Assembly: GCA_947479645.1 (NCBI GenBank)
Contig: CANKAJ010000007.1
Coordinates: 559-64,558 of the forward strand
Direction: 5' to 3'
Length of the DNA stretch: 64,000 nucleotides
Source of the DNA: Betaproteobacteria bacterium
Lineage (GTDB): Bacteria > Pseudomonadota > Gammaproteobacteria > Burkholderiales > SG8-39
The notes below the pieces were generated by a model. That model was given only the letters and a program-made list of their open reading frames with translations. It had not been told where the DNA came from and did no database searches. Every line of letters starts with the position of its first letter. Within the stretch, counting starts at the first letter, position 1. A program made the position numbers and the translations under genes. This document shows positions 55,541 to 64,000 of this stretch, piece by piece.

Positions 55541-55725
55541 CGCTTCTTTCCCGAGACTGGATTACGGGCAAGGAATTTCCCGGATTCGGCAGAACGCGAC
55601 GAATGCTTGAAAGGCGCGTGAACCCCCTCGACTGCAGTCGACGTGGCGACGGATTTGAATACTGTCCGTTCCCGGACTACCGGGTCACGCAGGTAGGGAT
55701 TTGTGCTGGTGAGTTTTAGACTCAT
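55537..55725 (-). CDS. 62-aa ORF with VbhA/YhfG-like Fic-inhibitory motif S-x-x-x-E-G (candidate antitoxin)
   Basis: STAVEG encoded at 55624..55641 (tcgactgcagtcgagggg on the minus strand), in the context RERTVFKSVATSTAVEGV. Stop codon shares the palindrome CTAG (55537..55540) with the fic stop. No SD; TATAAT ends 6 nt before the ATG. Confidence 0.45.
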   Translation of the reverse strand: MSLKLTSTNPYLRDPVVRERTVFKSVATSTAVEGVHAPFKHSSRSAESGKFLARNPVSGKKR

Positions 55726-55797
55726 CTATGAATTATAGCAGTCGACCACTCATAGGCGACAAACCATTGCTCTCTGGTGAATGCCATCGCCGGTCGT

Positions 55798-57717
55798 TTA
55801 AGCTTCCGTATTGGCGGAGAAGAGACGCGTGGCACTTTCTTCCGCCCGCGCGACAAAAGCATTCGCGTCCTCCTGCAGCAACAACCGCTGCCGCACCAGT
55901 TTGCGCGCCGCCTTCTTCACTTTTCGCACATAGTCTGCGCCGCTCTTGTAACGCTCCTCGATCGAGGAGCGTGGGTCGCCGCTGGCCAGGCGCTCGGCCC
56001 TGGTTTTGGCAAACGGTATCCAACTGCCATCGCGGTCGCACAGTTCGCCTTCCACATACGGCGCGGCGTACAGGTTCCAGCCGGTGTAGGTGGCTAGCGG
56101 CACGGCGATGTCGGGCAGGCGTATGCCCGCCACTTCATTGCCATCGGCATCCACGCACGGAACCAGCGTGCCATAGACCTTGTCCGGATCGGGGTGCGGA
56201 TGAATCCAGTCGCCGTACACCGCCAGTGTGTTGCAGGTGTTCGCCACGGCCGCGCCGGGGATGGCGGGAAACCCAAGCGCGTCTGGCGCCACCGCCGAGC
56301 CATCGCGAAGGCGCGGCACACAGCTGGCCGGCGGCTTGCGGCCCTGGTTGACCCATTCATCCAGGGCCACCACCAGCGCGCGCAGCGCCGCTTCCGGATT
56401 GTGCGGATTGCAGTGATTGACGCAGTTGCCGCGCTCGGTGTCGGAGGTGGCCGAGCCGCCGTGCTGGGTGCTGGCGACGAGGTAGGCACGTGCGCCTTGC
56501 GGCAGACGCACATCGCGCTTGCCCAGCGGATCGGTGCTGAGCAGCGATGCGCCTTTCTGCCAGTATTCCGAGGAAGTGTTGGTTTCGATCAGCAGCGGGT
56601 CGCAGCCGTCGCGACGGAGCAGCGAGCCGGTTTCGCCGGTGAATGGATCATGGAGTTTCGCCGCGGAAAACGGAAAGGCGTTCTCCGGATACAGGTGATC
56701 GTCGTGCTGTGTGCCGGTGCGCCAGGGTTCACCGAATTCGGTGTTGAGAAAGACGCGGCCCACCCCGGCCGCGTGCGACAGTGCGCCGTCGAACACCTTG
56801 CGCCCGGCCTCGTCCTGATTGAAACCCTGGCTGATGTGGTCGCGGATATAGCGGCCGCTTTGCGAGCGCCCGATGGCGAGCGCTGCCTTGTATCGCCGCG
56901 CGGTTGCCGTATTGCGCTGAAAGTGGTCATCAGCTTCATGGCGCAGGAAGGACACCAGATCACGCGTGGCGGCGAGGCCCACGCCCAGCACCTTGGGGTC
57001 ACGCGCCGGATAGTAAAGATCGTAGAGTGATCCGGGCGCGGGCAGCGTGCCTTCGGGCAACAGCCGTATGCTGCGCGAGTTGACGTAGGCCCATTGCGAG
57101 ACCGGTATCTCCACGCGCGGATCGGACTCCCTGCGTCGCACGGTCAGGCGGGCCTGTGCCTGATCCAGCGTGGCCGCTTCATAGAAGAGTCGGAAGGTGT
57201 CGACCGGCGTGCCGCGGTCGCCGGATACCAGCTCCTCGCGGATCACCCTGACGATGGGTTGGCCATTACGGGTGGGAATGATGGGCTGCATGCCCATGCC
57301 ATGCTTGATGCGCGGCGCATCGGGCTCCCAGCCGCTCCACACCAGCGTGTGGCCGCGGCGCAGGAACAGCGCGTTGCCCAGGTCGCGCAATTGCTGCGGG
57401 TTGTTATTGCGTCCGGGCGCGTCCATGAAGCCGGAGAAAGCGAGCTTGTTGCCGCGATTGACGACTTCGTAGATCAGCGTGCCGCAGTCCTTGTCCGGAT
57501 CGACCGGGCGCAGCATGCACAAATCCACTTCGTACTCGACCCGGCCGCGCGCGTTGCGTGGCGCCAGGTCGATGTTGACGATGACGCGGTTGCGCGCATC
57601 AAGCGGATCGAGTTCGCCTCGTGCGATGCCGGTCAGGCGCTCGTAGGCGCCGGTGTCGCCGAAGCGGGCGCTGTCGGCGAACGATTCAGTGTGATCAATA
57701 CGTATGCTGGTGAGCAT
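55798..57717 (-). CDS. large conserved hypothetical protein, possible alpha/beta-hydrolase fold
   Basis: 639 aa, ATG 57717 with AGAGGAA SD, no signal peptide. Possible nucleophile elbow in AIGRSQSGRY. The N-terminus IRIDHTESFADSARFGDTGAYERLTG resembles a family I recall as annotated alpha/beta hydrolase domain protein. Confidence 0.5.
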   Translation of the reverse strand: MLTSIRIDHTESFADSARFGDTGAYERLTGIARGELDPLDARNRVIVNIDLAPRNARGRVEYEVDLCMLRPVDPDKDCGTLIYEVVNRGNKLAFSGFMDAPGRNNNPQQLRDLGNALFLRRGHTLVWSGWEPDAPRIKHGMGMQPIIPTRNGQPIVRVIREELVSGDRGTPVDTFRLFYEAATLDQAQARLTVRRRESDPRVEIPVSQWAYVNSRSIRLLPEGTLPAPGSLYDLYYPARDPKVLGVGLAATRDLVSFLRHEADDHFQRNTATARRYKAALAIGRSQSGRYIRDHISQGFNQDEAGRKVFDGALSHAAGVGRVFLNTEFGEPWRTGTQHDDHLYPENAFPFSAAKLHDPFTGETGSLLRRDGCDPLLIETNTSSEYWQKGASLLSTDPLGKRDVRLPQGARAYLVASTQHGGSATSDTERGNCVNHCNPHNPEAALRALVVALDEWVNQGRKPPASCVPRLRDGSAVAPDALGFPAIPGAAVANTCNTLAVYGDWIHPHPDPDKVYGTLVPCVDADGNEVAGIRLPDIAVPLATYTGWNLYAAPYVEGELCDRDGSWIPFAKTRAERLASGDPRSSIEERYKSGADYVRKVKKAARKLVRQRLLLQEDANAFVARAEESATRLFSANTEA

Positions 57718-57729
57718 GTAATGGTTCCT

Positions 57730-58014
57730 CTAGTCAATGTCCGTGCCGGAGGGAGTGGTGGTTGGTGCCGGGGCGGGCGTCGCCGTGCTGCCGGTTACAC
57801 CTGTGCCGGCATCGGGACTCGCATCCGTACTGTCTGCCGCTGGTGCCGGCGTTGCGGAGTTCGGCTGTGGCGCTGTCGATGGAGTGGCCGGTTTGCCCAC
57901 CGCGGCTGGCGGATTTAACTGCGTAGGATGGGCTGCCGGCAGATCGGCCTGCAGGTACAGCATGAAGGCCAGGCCAAGTGCCGCCAGTCCGAACAGGATA
58001 ATGAGAAGGAACAT
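57730..58014 (-). CDS. small membrane-anchored Pro/Thr/Ala-rich protein (94 aa)
   Basis: N-terminal TM helix MFLLIILFGLAALGLAFMLYL, then a low-complexity PAAVGKPATPSTAPQPNSATPAPAADS tail. 13-nt gaps to both flanking genes. Confidence 0.4.
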   Translation of the reverse strand: MFLLIILFGLAALGLAFMLYLQADLPAAHPTQLNPPAAVGKPATPSTAPQPNSATPAPAADSTDASPDAGTGVTGSTATPAPAPTTTPSGTDID

Positions 58015-58026
58015 GCTGTGCCGGGG

Positions 58027-58974
58027 CTATTGTTTCAGATGCGCCGCGAAGAAGGATGCGACCTCTTTTTTCGCGTCGGCCCATGCGTAGGGATCGCCGC
58101 CGGTGGTGGCGCCCTGGCCCGTTGGTGAATTACCGTTGGTGCGCTGCGCGCTGTATCGCACCGGTGCGTTGTTGTCGAAGGAATGGTGGACGCCGGGATA
58201 GATTTTGATATCGATCGGGTGGCCGGCCGCGCGCGCTGCATCGACCAGCTGACGGCAGGGTTCGGCCGGTGTCCAGTCGTCCTTTTCGCCGATCAGGATC
58301 AGCAGCGGCGCGATCGGCTTATAGGCGCCAGAATGGCCGATGATCGGTCCGCGGTTGCCGTTCTGCAGTTGGACCTCCCAGTGGCCATAGCGCCGCGCGC
58401 AGGCGGGATAGAGCGCCACCGCCGACGCAAAGCCGTCGCGCTTGGCTCCAGCCAGCAGATCGAGCGAGTTGACCGATTCGACCATCGCCGCCAGCGTGGT
58501 CCATCCGCCGTGCGATCCACCCATGATGCCCACGCGCTTTGCGTTGACATAAGGCAGCGCGCGCAGTGCTGCCAATGCGCCATAGGCATCGGCCGCCCGC
58601 ACGGTTCCGTTCGCGACGTTCGACACAGTGCCCGGCAGGGTGCAGGTGCCATCGGCAAAACCGCGCGGGGAGAAACTGTCCGGGACCAGCACGACGTAAC
58701 CCTCGGAGACGAGTTCGCCGGCCCAGCGCATCGGCGCGCCGCTGGAGCGCGGTCCGAGGCCGCTGCAATCGTGCACGATGACCACCGCAGGGAAGGGGCC
58801 GTCGCCATCGGGTTTGATCAGCGTCGCAGGAAGTTGTTTGCCGTCAAGGGAATTGACGGTCAGGGAGGATCGGGTCTCGGCGTAGGCGTTTACGCTGTAT
58901 GCAGTCGGCAATAGCATGAGCAGCAATGCGGACAGCAGCAGTTCGGACAAAATTGCAGGTCGCGCGCGCATCAT
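58027..58974 (-). CDS. secreted dienelactone-hydrolase-family protein
   Basis: Signal MMRARPAILSELLLSALLLMLLPTAYSVNAYA. VIVHDCSGLG, nucleophile GGSHGG. ATGATG at 58974 after AGGAGG. Confidence 0.8.
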   Translation of the reverse strand: MMRARPAILSELLLSALLLMLLPTAYSVNAYAETRSSLTVNSLDGKQLPATLIKPDGDGPFPAVVIVHDCSGLGPRSSGAPMRWAGELVSEGYVVLVPDSFSPRGFADGTCTLPGTVSNVANGTVRAADAYGALAALRALPYVNAKRVGIMGGSHGGWTTLAAMVESVNSLDLLAGAKRDGFASAVALYPACARRYGHWEVQLQNGNRGPIIGHSGAYKPIAPLLILIGEKDDWTPAEPCRQLVDAARAAGHPIDIKIYPGVHHSFDNNAPVRYSAQRTNGNSPTGQGATTGGDPYAWADAKKEVASFFAAHLKQ

Positions 58975-59017
58975 GCCCTCCTTAGGCTCTGCCCCGGCAG
59001 ATTTGGAAGCGGCGATA

Positions 59018-59740
59018 TTACCGCGTGGCCCCGCACTCCGACAGGCCGCGCTGGACGGCTTTGGCAATCGTGGCGCGCATTTCCGGTGTTTGCAGCAGTT
59101 CTTCTTCGCGCCGGTTGATGATGACCCCAGCCTCCAGCAGTACCGCCGGCATGGCAGCCATTTTCAGCACGACCAGATTGTCGTAGTAATAGACGCCGTT
59201 TTCGCGATCGGCCCATGGCTTGCTTTCGCCGCGAATCGTCTCGGCATGGTGAGGCGTCGGCTGCAGACCCTGCATTATGAGCGCAGCGCCAATGCGGCTG
59301 GCGCAACGCAGGCTGGCTTCCAGTTTGGGATTCTTGCGCGAGACGAACAGCGAGAATCCGGAGAAGCGGTCGGTGTATTGGCGGGGCACTCCCTGCCACT
59401 CCCATGGTTCGAGAAAGTGCGGCTGGGCCGAATCATGATGCACAGCCAGGAAGAAACTGGCGCCGCCGGCGCGGGCGGCGCGTGCCCTGGCGTGCAGATG
59501 AACCATGTTGCCGTCAGCGCCGATGGGCAGGGGGCGCGTGCCGGCACTGGCCAGCGCCTCGCCGATTGATCTGGCCAGTGCCGCATTGAATTCGAACTCG
59601 GGAATGCCGCGGGCGCTGATCGCGCCGGGATTCTCGCGGTAATGGCCGACGTCAATCGCGATCACGGGTGCTTGCTCGGCGAACACCATCAGTGGCGCAA
59701 AGAGGAGGGGCGCGGCGGCGCAAAATCGGCTCAGGTTCAT
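59018..59740 (-). CDS. N-acetylmuramoyl-L-alanine amidase (Amidase_3 type), secreted
   Basis: Signal MNLSRFCAAAPLLFAPLMVFA. IAIDVGH, FLAVHHDS, AVLLEAGVIINRRE. Confidence 0.8.
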   Translation of the reverse strand: MNLSRFCAAAPLLFAPLMVFAEQAPVIAIDVGHYRENPGAISARGIPEFEFNAALARSIGEALASAGTRPLPIGADGNMVHLHARARAARAGGASFFLAVHHDSAQPHFLEPWEWQGVPRQYTDRFSGFSLFVSRKNPKLEASLRCASRIGAALIMQGLQPTPHHAETIRGESKPWADRENGVYYYDNLVVLKMAAMPAVLLEAGVIINRREEELLQTPEMRATIAKAVQRGLSECGATR

Positions 59741-59867
59741 GTCGGGGCATCCTATGACCATCCTGTTCGCCATGCAAATCCAATCGCGGACTTTGGGGCG
59801 TTTTTGATGTCCATAAGATCAGGCCTTGACTTAAACTACCTTCTTTTCTCCGACTCGTCAGTGCTCC

Positions 59868-61226
59868 ATGGCCAATTTGATCCGCTATTCATTTTTCATT
59901 CTTGTGTGCCTGATTGGCACCGCCTACGCCGCCGCGCCCATTCCCGTTGGCCCCAACGGCGTCCCCTCGCTTGCGCCCATGCTGACGCAGGTGACGCCGG
60001 CCGTGGTCAACATCTCGGTGACGGCGCGCGATCCGGCCGAGAGCAATCCGCTGTTGCGCGACCCGTTCTTCCGGCGCTTCTTCAATATCCCCGATGAGCA
60101 GGCCAAGCCGCAGCAGTCGGCGGGTTCGGGGGTGATCGTGGATGCCGCGCGCGGCCTGGTCGTCACCAACAACCACGTCATCAAGGACGCGCAGGAAATT
60201 ATCGTGACGCTGAAGGATCGGCGCGAGCTGAAGGCGACGCTGGTGGGCACCGATCCGGGCACCGACATTGCCTTGCTGCGCGTGCCGGCGCAAGCCTTGG
60301 CCGCGCTTAAATTCGGCGATTCCGAGGCGCTGAATGTGGGTGACTTTGTGGTGGCCATCGGCAATCCGTTCGGTCTTGGTCAGACGGTGACCTCGGGTAT
60401 CGTATCGGCGCTGGGGCGCACCGGGCTGGGCATTGAAGGCTACGAGGAATTCATCCAGACCGACGCCTCCATCAATCCGGGCAATTCGGGCGGTGCGCTG
60501 GTGAATCTGAAGGGCGAACTGATCGGCATCAATACCGCCATCGTCGGTCCCTCGGGCGGCAACGTCGGCATCGGCTTTGCCGTGCCGGTATCCATGGTGC
60601 GGCTGGTGATCGCGCAGATCCAGCGCTATGGTGAAGTACGGCGCGGCCGCATCGGCACCACCAGCCAGGACCTGACCCACGAGCTGGGCAGGAAAATGGG
60701 CGTCAATCTGACCGAAGGTGCTGTCATCGTTGCCGTGGAGGCAGGATCAACGGCACAAAAAGGAGGTCTTCGGGCCAAGGATATTGTCACGTCGGCGAAT
60801 GGTCGCGCGGTGCGCAGTTCATCGGATTTTCGCAATCGCGTCGGGTTGACGCCGGTGGGTGAAGATGTGGAAGTGCAGGTGAATCGCGGCGGGCAGATCG
60901 TGCCATTGCGCATCCGGGTTGCCGAGCCATTTGCCGCCACCAGCATTCCCGGCGAGGCCGTGCCGCAACTGGCTGGCGCCAGCGTGGCCGACATTGAAAA
61001 GGGCATGCCCATGTATGGCGAGGTGCAGGGCGCCATCGTCACGGCGGTGCAGGCCAACAGCCCGGCGGCGCGCAGCGGGCTGCTGCGTGGCGATATTCTC
61101 TATGGCGTCAATCGCACCCGCGTGCGCAACGTGAAGGAGTTACTGGCCGCATTGCGCTCGGGCGAAAAGCCCATGCAGATCGCCTTGCTACGTGGCGAGA
61201 ACCGCATGTCGCTGGTGATCCGCTGA
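59868..61226 (+). CDS. periplasmic serine endoprotease, DegP/DegQ (HtrA) family with two PDZ domains
   Basis: Signal peptide; catalytic VVTNNHV, DIALLRV, GNSGGALVN; two PDZ-like C-terminal repeats. Confidence 0.92.
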   Translation: MANLIRYSFFILVCLIGTAYAAAPIPVGPNGVPSLAPMLTQVTPAVVNISVTARDPAESNPLLRDPFFRRFFNIPDEQAKPQQSAGSGVIVDAARGLVVTNNHVIKDAQEIIVTLKDRRELKATLVGTDPGTDIALLRVPAQALAALKFGDSEALNVGDFVVAIGNPFGLGQTVTSGIVSALGRTGLGIEGYEEFIQTDASINPGNSGGALVNLKGELIGINTAIVGPSGGNVGIGFAVPVSMVRLVIAQIQRYGEVRRGRIGTTSQDLTHELGRKMGVNLTEGAVIVAVEAGSTAQKGGLRAKDIVTSANGRAVRSSSDFRNRVGLTPVGEDVEVQVNRGGQIVPLRIRVAEPFAATSIPGEAVPQLAGASVADIEKGMPMYGEVQGAIVTAVQANSPAARSGLLRGDILYGVNRTRVRNVKELLAALRSGEKPMQIALLRGENRMSLVIR

Positions 61227-61263
61227 ACTTTTACAACTCGTTTCAAAATGAACACCCGCTGAG

Positions 61264-61348
61264 TTTGTCATTCCGAGTGCAGCGAGGAATCTGCTGTAAA
61301 TGCAAACCATAAAGCAGATTTTTCGGCCTGTGGCCTCAGAATGACAAA
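61264..61348. repeat. nested-palindrome intergenic repeat, copy C
   Basis: Outer arms TTTGTCATTCCGAG / CTCAGAATGACAAA. Inner left arm GAGGAATCTGCTG (61284..61296) with a degenerate right arm AGCAGATTTTTC. GGCC-TGT-GGCC mini-hairpin. Confidence 0.8.
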
Positions 61349-61366
61349 GTGGACGCCGTTAAACGT

Positions 61367-62809
61367 TCATGCTTGGCTTTTGAGCTGCAGCGATTTGTAC
61401 TCGAGGAATTCCTCCAGCCCGTAGACCCCCGCCTCGCGCCCGTGGCCCGATTGCTTGAAACCGCCGAAGGGCGCGTTCATGTTGAACGCCCCGCCGTTGA
61501 TGTCGATCTGACCGGCGCGCAGGCGCCGCGCGACTTTCTGTGCGCGTGCCGTATCGGCCGACCACACGCCGGCGGCAAGGCCGTAGATGGTGTCGTTGGC
61601 GATGCGGATGGCATCTTCCTCGTCCTTGTAGGTGATGATCGACAGTACCGGCCCGAAGATTTCCTCCTGGCCGATTGTTGACCTGGGATCGACCTTGCCA
61701 AATACCGTGGGTTGCACGTAGTAGCCGCCACGCAGCTCATTGGCAAGGCCAGCCGGCGCGTCCGCGCCGCCGGTCACCAGTTCCGCACCCTCGGCGATGC
61801 CTTTGGCGATATAGCCGCGCACGCGCTCCAGCTGGGCCGCGGAAGTGAGGGGGCCCAGACGCGTGGTCTCCGCCATCGGATCGCCCGGGGTGTAGGCCTT
61901 CGCGGTCGCAGCGGCCAGCGCTTTTGCTTCTTCGTATTTCGTCTCTGGTACCAGCATGCGCGTGAACGCGGTGCAGGTCTGTCCGGAGTTCAGATAACAA
62001 TTGCCGACGGTGCCCTTCACCGCAGTGGCAAGGTCGGCATCATCCAGAATCACCGAGGCCGACTTGCCGCCGAGCTCCAGCGTGACCCGCTTGACGGTCT
62101 GCGCGGCGAGTTCCGAGATGCGCTTGCCGGCGCGCGTGGAGCCGGTGAACGAAATGGCGTCAACCTCGGGATGTTTCACCAGCGCTTCTCCGACCACGGT
62201 GCCCAGGCCGGTGACCAGGTTGAACACGCCGGCCGGCAGTCCGGCGGCGTGGATGACTTCGGCGAGGATGAAGGCATTGAACGGCGCAACCTCGGATGGC
62301 TTCAGCACCACAGTGCAGCCGGCCGCCAGCGCCGGCGCCACCTTGAGCGCGATCTGATGCAGCGGATAATTCCACGGCGTGATTGCGCCGACCACGCCGA
62401 CGGCGTCGCGCAGCACCAGCGAGTTGCCCACCTGTTCCTCGAATTGGAAGTCGGCCGCCATCTTCGCGTAGTTGCCGAAGGTGGCGATCGGCAGAGCTGC
62501 CTGTATGCGCCCGGAGAGCTTGATGGGCATGCCGACTTCCTGCGCCATGATCTTGCCGAGTTCGTCGGCACGCGCCTTGAGGCCGGCGGCAATCTTGGCA
62601 AGAAATTCGGCGCGCGCGGCCGGCGCTGTCTGCGACCAGGCATCGAACGCGCTGCGTGCCGCGGCGACGGCAGCATCGATGTCCTTGTCTCCGCCCGCGG
62701 GCACGCAGCCCATCACTGCGCCGGTACCGGCGTGATGCACGGCGATGCTATCGCTTGACGAAGGGGTGACCCACTGGCCATTGATGTAGAACTGTGTGCG
62801 CTCTTGCAT
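61367..62809 (-). CDS. NAD(P)-dependent aldehyde dehydrogenase
   Basis: [16 protein letters not shown], catalytic Cys in [16 protein letters not shown]. Confidence 0.92.
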   Translation of the reverse strand: MQERTQFYINGQWVTPSSSDSIAVHHAGTGAVMGCVPAGGDKDIDAAVAAARSAFDAWSQTAPAARAEFLAKIAAGLKARADELGKIMAQEVGMPIKLSGRIQAALPIATFGNYAKMAADFQFEEQVGNSLVLRDAVGVVGAITPWNYPLHQIALKVAPALAAGCTVVLKPSEVAPFNAFILAEVIHAAGLPAGVFNLVTGLGTVVGEALVKHPEVDAISFTGSTRAGKRISELAAQTVKRVTLELGGKSASVILDDADLATAVKGTVGNCYLNSGQTCTAFTRMLVPETKYEEAKALAAATAKAYTPGDPMAETTRLGPLTSAAQLERVRGYIAKGIAEGAELVTGGADAPAGLANELRGGYYVQPTVFGKVDPRSTIGQEEIFGPVLSIITYKDEEDAIRIANDTIYGLAAGVWSADTARAQKVARRLRAGQIDINGGAFNMNAPFGGFKQSGHGREAGVYGLEEFLEYKSLQLKSQA

Positions 62810-62897
62810 GGCGGATTTCCAGCTGAAAGGAAGTGTCCATTTTAGTCCAGCGCCGGTGCCCAGCGGGTATGATCACGCCTTTCAATTGGCCGTGATC

Positions 62898-64000
62898 ATG
62901 ATGGAAAGCATCCGCTATCGCATTACCCCGGTTTCACCGCAAGCGCATCTCTTCGAAGTGACCTGCACGGTGGCCGATCCCGATCCGCAGGGGCAGCAGT
63001 TCGCGCTGCCGGCGTGGATTCCGGGCAGCTATCTGGTGCGCGATTTCGCGCGGCATATCGTTTCGATCCGCGCAGTTCAGGGTCGGGGGGGCAAGGACGG
63101 CAGCGGCGCCCCGGTTGAACTGGTGAAGCTGGACAAGCACACCTGGCGGGCCGCCCCGGTTGCAGCGGGTGCCATCACCGTGATCTGCGAGGTGTATGCA
63201 TGGGACTTGTCGGTGCGTGGCGCGCACCTCGATACCACGCACGCCTTCTTCAACGGCACCAGTGTGTTTCTGCGTGTGCTCGGCAAGGAGTCGCGGCCGT
63301 GTGATGTGGAGATCGTGGCGCCACGCGGGGCGCGCTATCGCAAGTGGGAAGTGGCCACCGCCATGCGCCGCAACGGCGCGCCGGCCTGGGGCTTTGGCGC
63401 CTATACCGCGTCCGACTACGATGAGCTCATCGATCATCCGGTTGAATTGGGATCATTTACGAGAAAGAGCTTTCGAGCCATGGGAGTTCCCCATGAAATT
63501 GTGATCACCGGTCGCCATCGCGCCGACATGTCGCGGCTGTGTCGCGACATGCAGCGCATCTGCGAGCAGCACATCGATTTTTTCAGAAGCCCGGCGCCCA
63601 TGGACCGCTACGTCTTTCTGGTCTCCGCGCTGGGGGACGGCTATGGCGGGCTGGAGCACCGCGCCTCGACGGCGCTGGTGTGTTCGCGCAATGATCTGCC
63701 CACGCCGGGCATGCAAGAGGCCAGCGAGGGCTATCGCACCTTTCTTGGGCTGGTCAGTCACGAGTATTTCCATACCTGGAACGTGAAACGCATCAAGCCG
63801 GCGGTGTTCACGCCCTATGACCTCAATCGCGAGAACTACACCACGCTGCTGTGGGCATTCGAAGGCATCACGTCCTACTACGATGACCTGGCGCTGGTGC
63901 GTTCGGGCCTGATCAGCCGGGAGCAGTATCTGGAGTCGCTGGGCCGCGGCATCACCCAGTTATTGCGTACACCAGGACGCCACAAGCAGACGGTCACCGA
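62898..64000 (+). CDS. M61-family (glycyl aminopeptidase-like) metallopeptidase, 3' end cut by window edge
   Basis: Not in the ORF track (open at the window end). From ATG 62898 it reads MMESIRYRITPVSPQAHLFEVTCTV...ALPAWIPGSYLVRDFARH. Zinc motif HEYFHTWNVKRIKP near 63760. Confidence 0.8.
   Translation, partial: MMESIRYRITPVSPQAHLFEVTCTVADPDPQGQQFALPAWIPGSYLVRDFARHIVSIRAVQGRGGKDGSGAPVELVKLDKHTWRAAPVAAGAITVICEVYAWDLSVRGAHLDTTHAFFNGTSVFLRVLGKESRPCDVEIVAPRGARYRKWEVATAMRRNGAPAWGFGAYTASDYDELIDHPVELGSFTRKSFRAMGVPHEIVITGRHRADMSRLCRDMQRICEQHIDFFRSPAPMDRYVFLVSALGDGYGGLEHRASTALVCSRNDLPTPGMQEASEGYRTFLGLVSHEYFHTWNVKRIKPAVFTPYDLNRENYTTLLWAFEGITSYYDDLALVRSGLISREQYLESLGRGITQLLRTPGRHKQTVT

Noticed and set aside
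54664-55797. Annotating the Fic islet as a mobile element
   Set aside because: No integrase or transposase, no tRNA target and no flanking direct or inverted repeats were found. Only compositional evidence for horizontal origin exists, so no mobile_element feature is called.

Overview
GC-rich, gene-dense chromosomal segment that looks betaproteobacterial (Bug/TctC-type binding protein, TRAP transporter, glcDEF, pntAB). I call about 60 protein-coding genes. I found no rRNA, tRNA, CRISPR array, transposase or integrase. The ORF track also uses GTG/TTG starts, so several starts were re-set to an ATG with a Shine-Dalgarno (SD) site. Content from left to right: SulP permease (cut by the window edge); hyi-glcD-[outer-membrane barrel]-glcE-glcF glycolate module; CoA-pyrophosphatase-type NUDIX; acyl-CoA dehydrogenase; two ABCB-type exporters flanking pntAA-pntAB-pntB and an orphan LutC-like gene; NhaD-like transporter; 2-hydroxyacid dehydrogenase; membrane desaturase; YheT hydrolase; phosphomannomutase; ugpQ-ugpB; a TRAP system; a Bug protein; a LysR regulator. 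The most unusual parts are four. (1) An operon of amino-acid permease, FAM173-like methyltransferase and a SET-domain methyltransferase with a histone-H1-like tail, plus a second FAM173-like paralog 6 kb upstream; both paralogs have export-type N-termini. (2) A 13-kb molybdenum-hydroxylase supercluster: form-II CoxL (AYRGAGR), coxS, coxM, an embedded FkbM methyltransferase, coxD/E/G, xdhC and mocA, fused to an acyl-CoA synthetase, an SCP-x-type thiolase and an SDR. This looks like a CoA-thioester hydroxylating pathway rather than CO oxidation. (3) A lower-GC islet carrying a class-I-type Fic gene and a convergent 62-aa ORF that overlaps it by 4 nt and carries the Fic-inhibitory S-x-x-x-E-G motif. 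(4) A four-gene operon of amidase, dienelactone hydrolase, a Pro/Thr-rich membrane peptide and a 639-aa hydrolase-like protein. Non-coding structure includes a nested-palindrome repeat family at three convergent gene ends, twin long hairpins sharing a 12-mer core, and several tandem direct repeats in promoter regions. All functions come from motifs read by eye, with no database search, and none of the candidate novel systems is proven.
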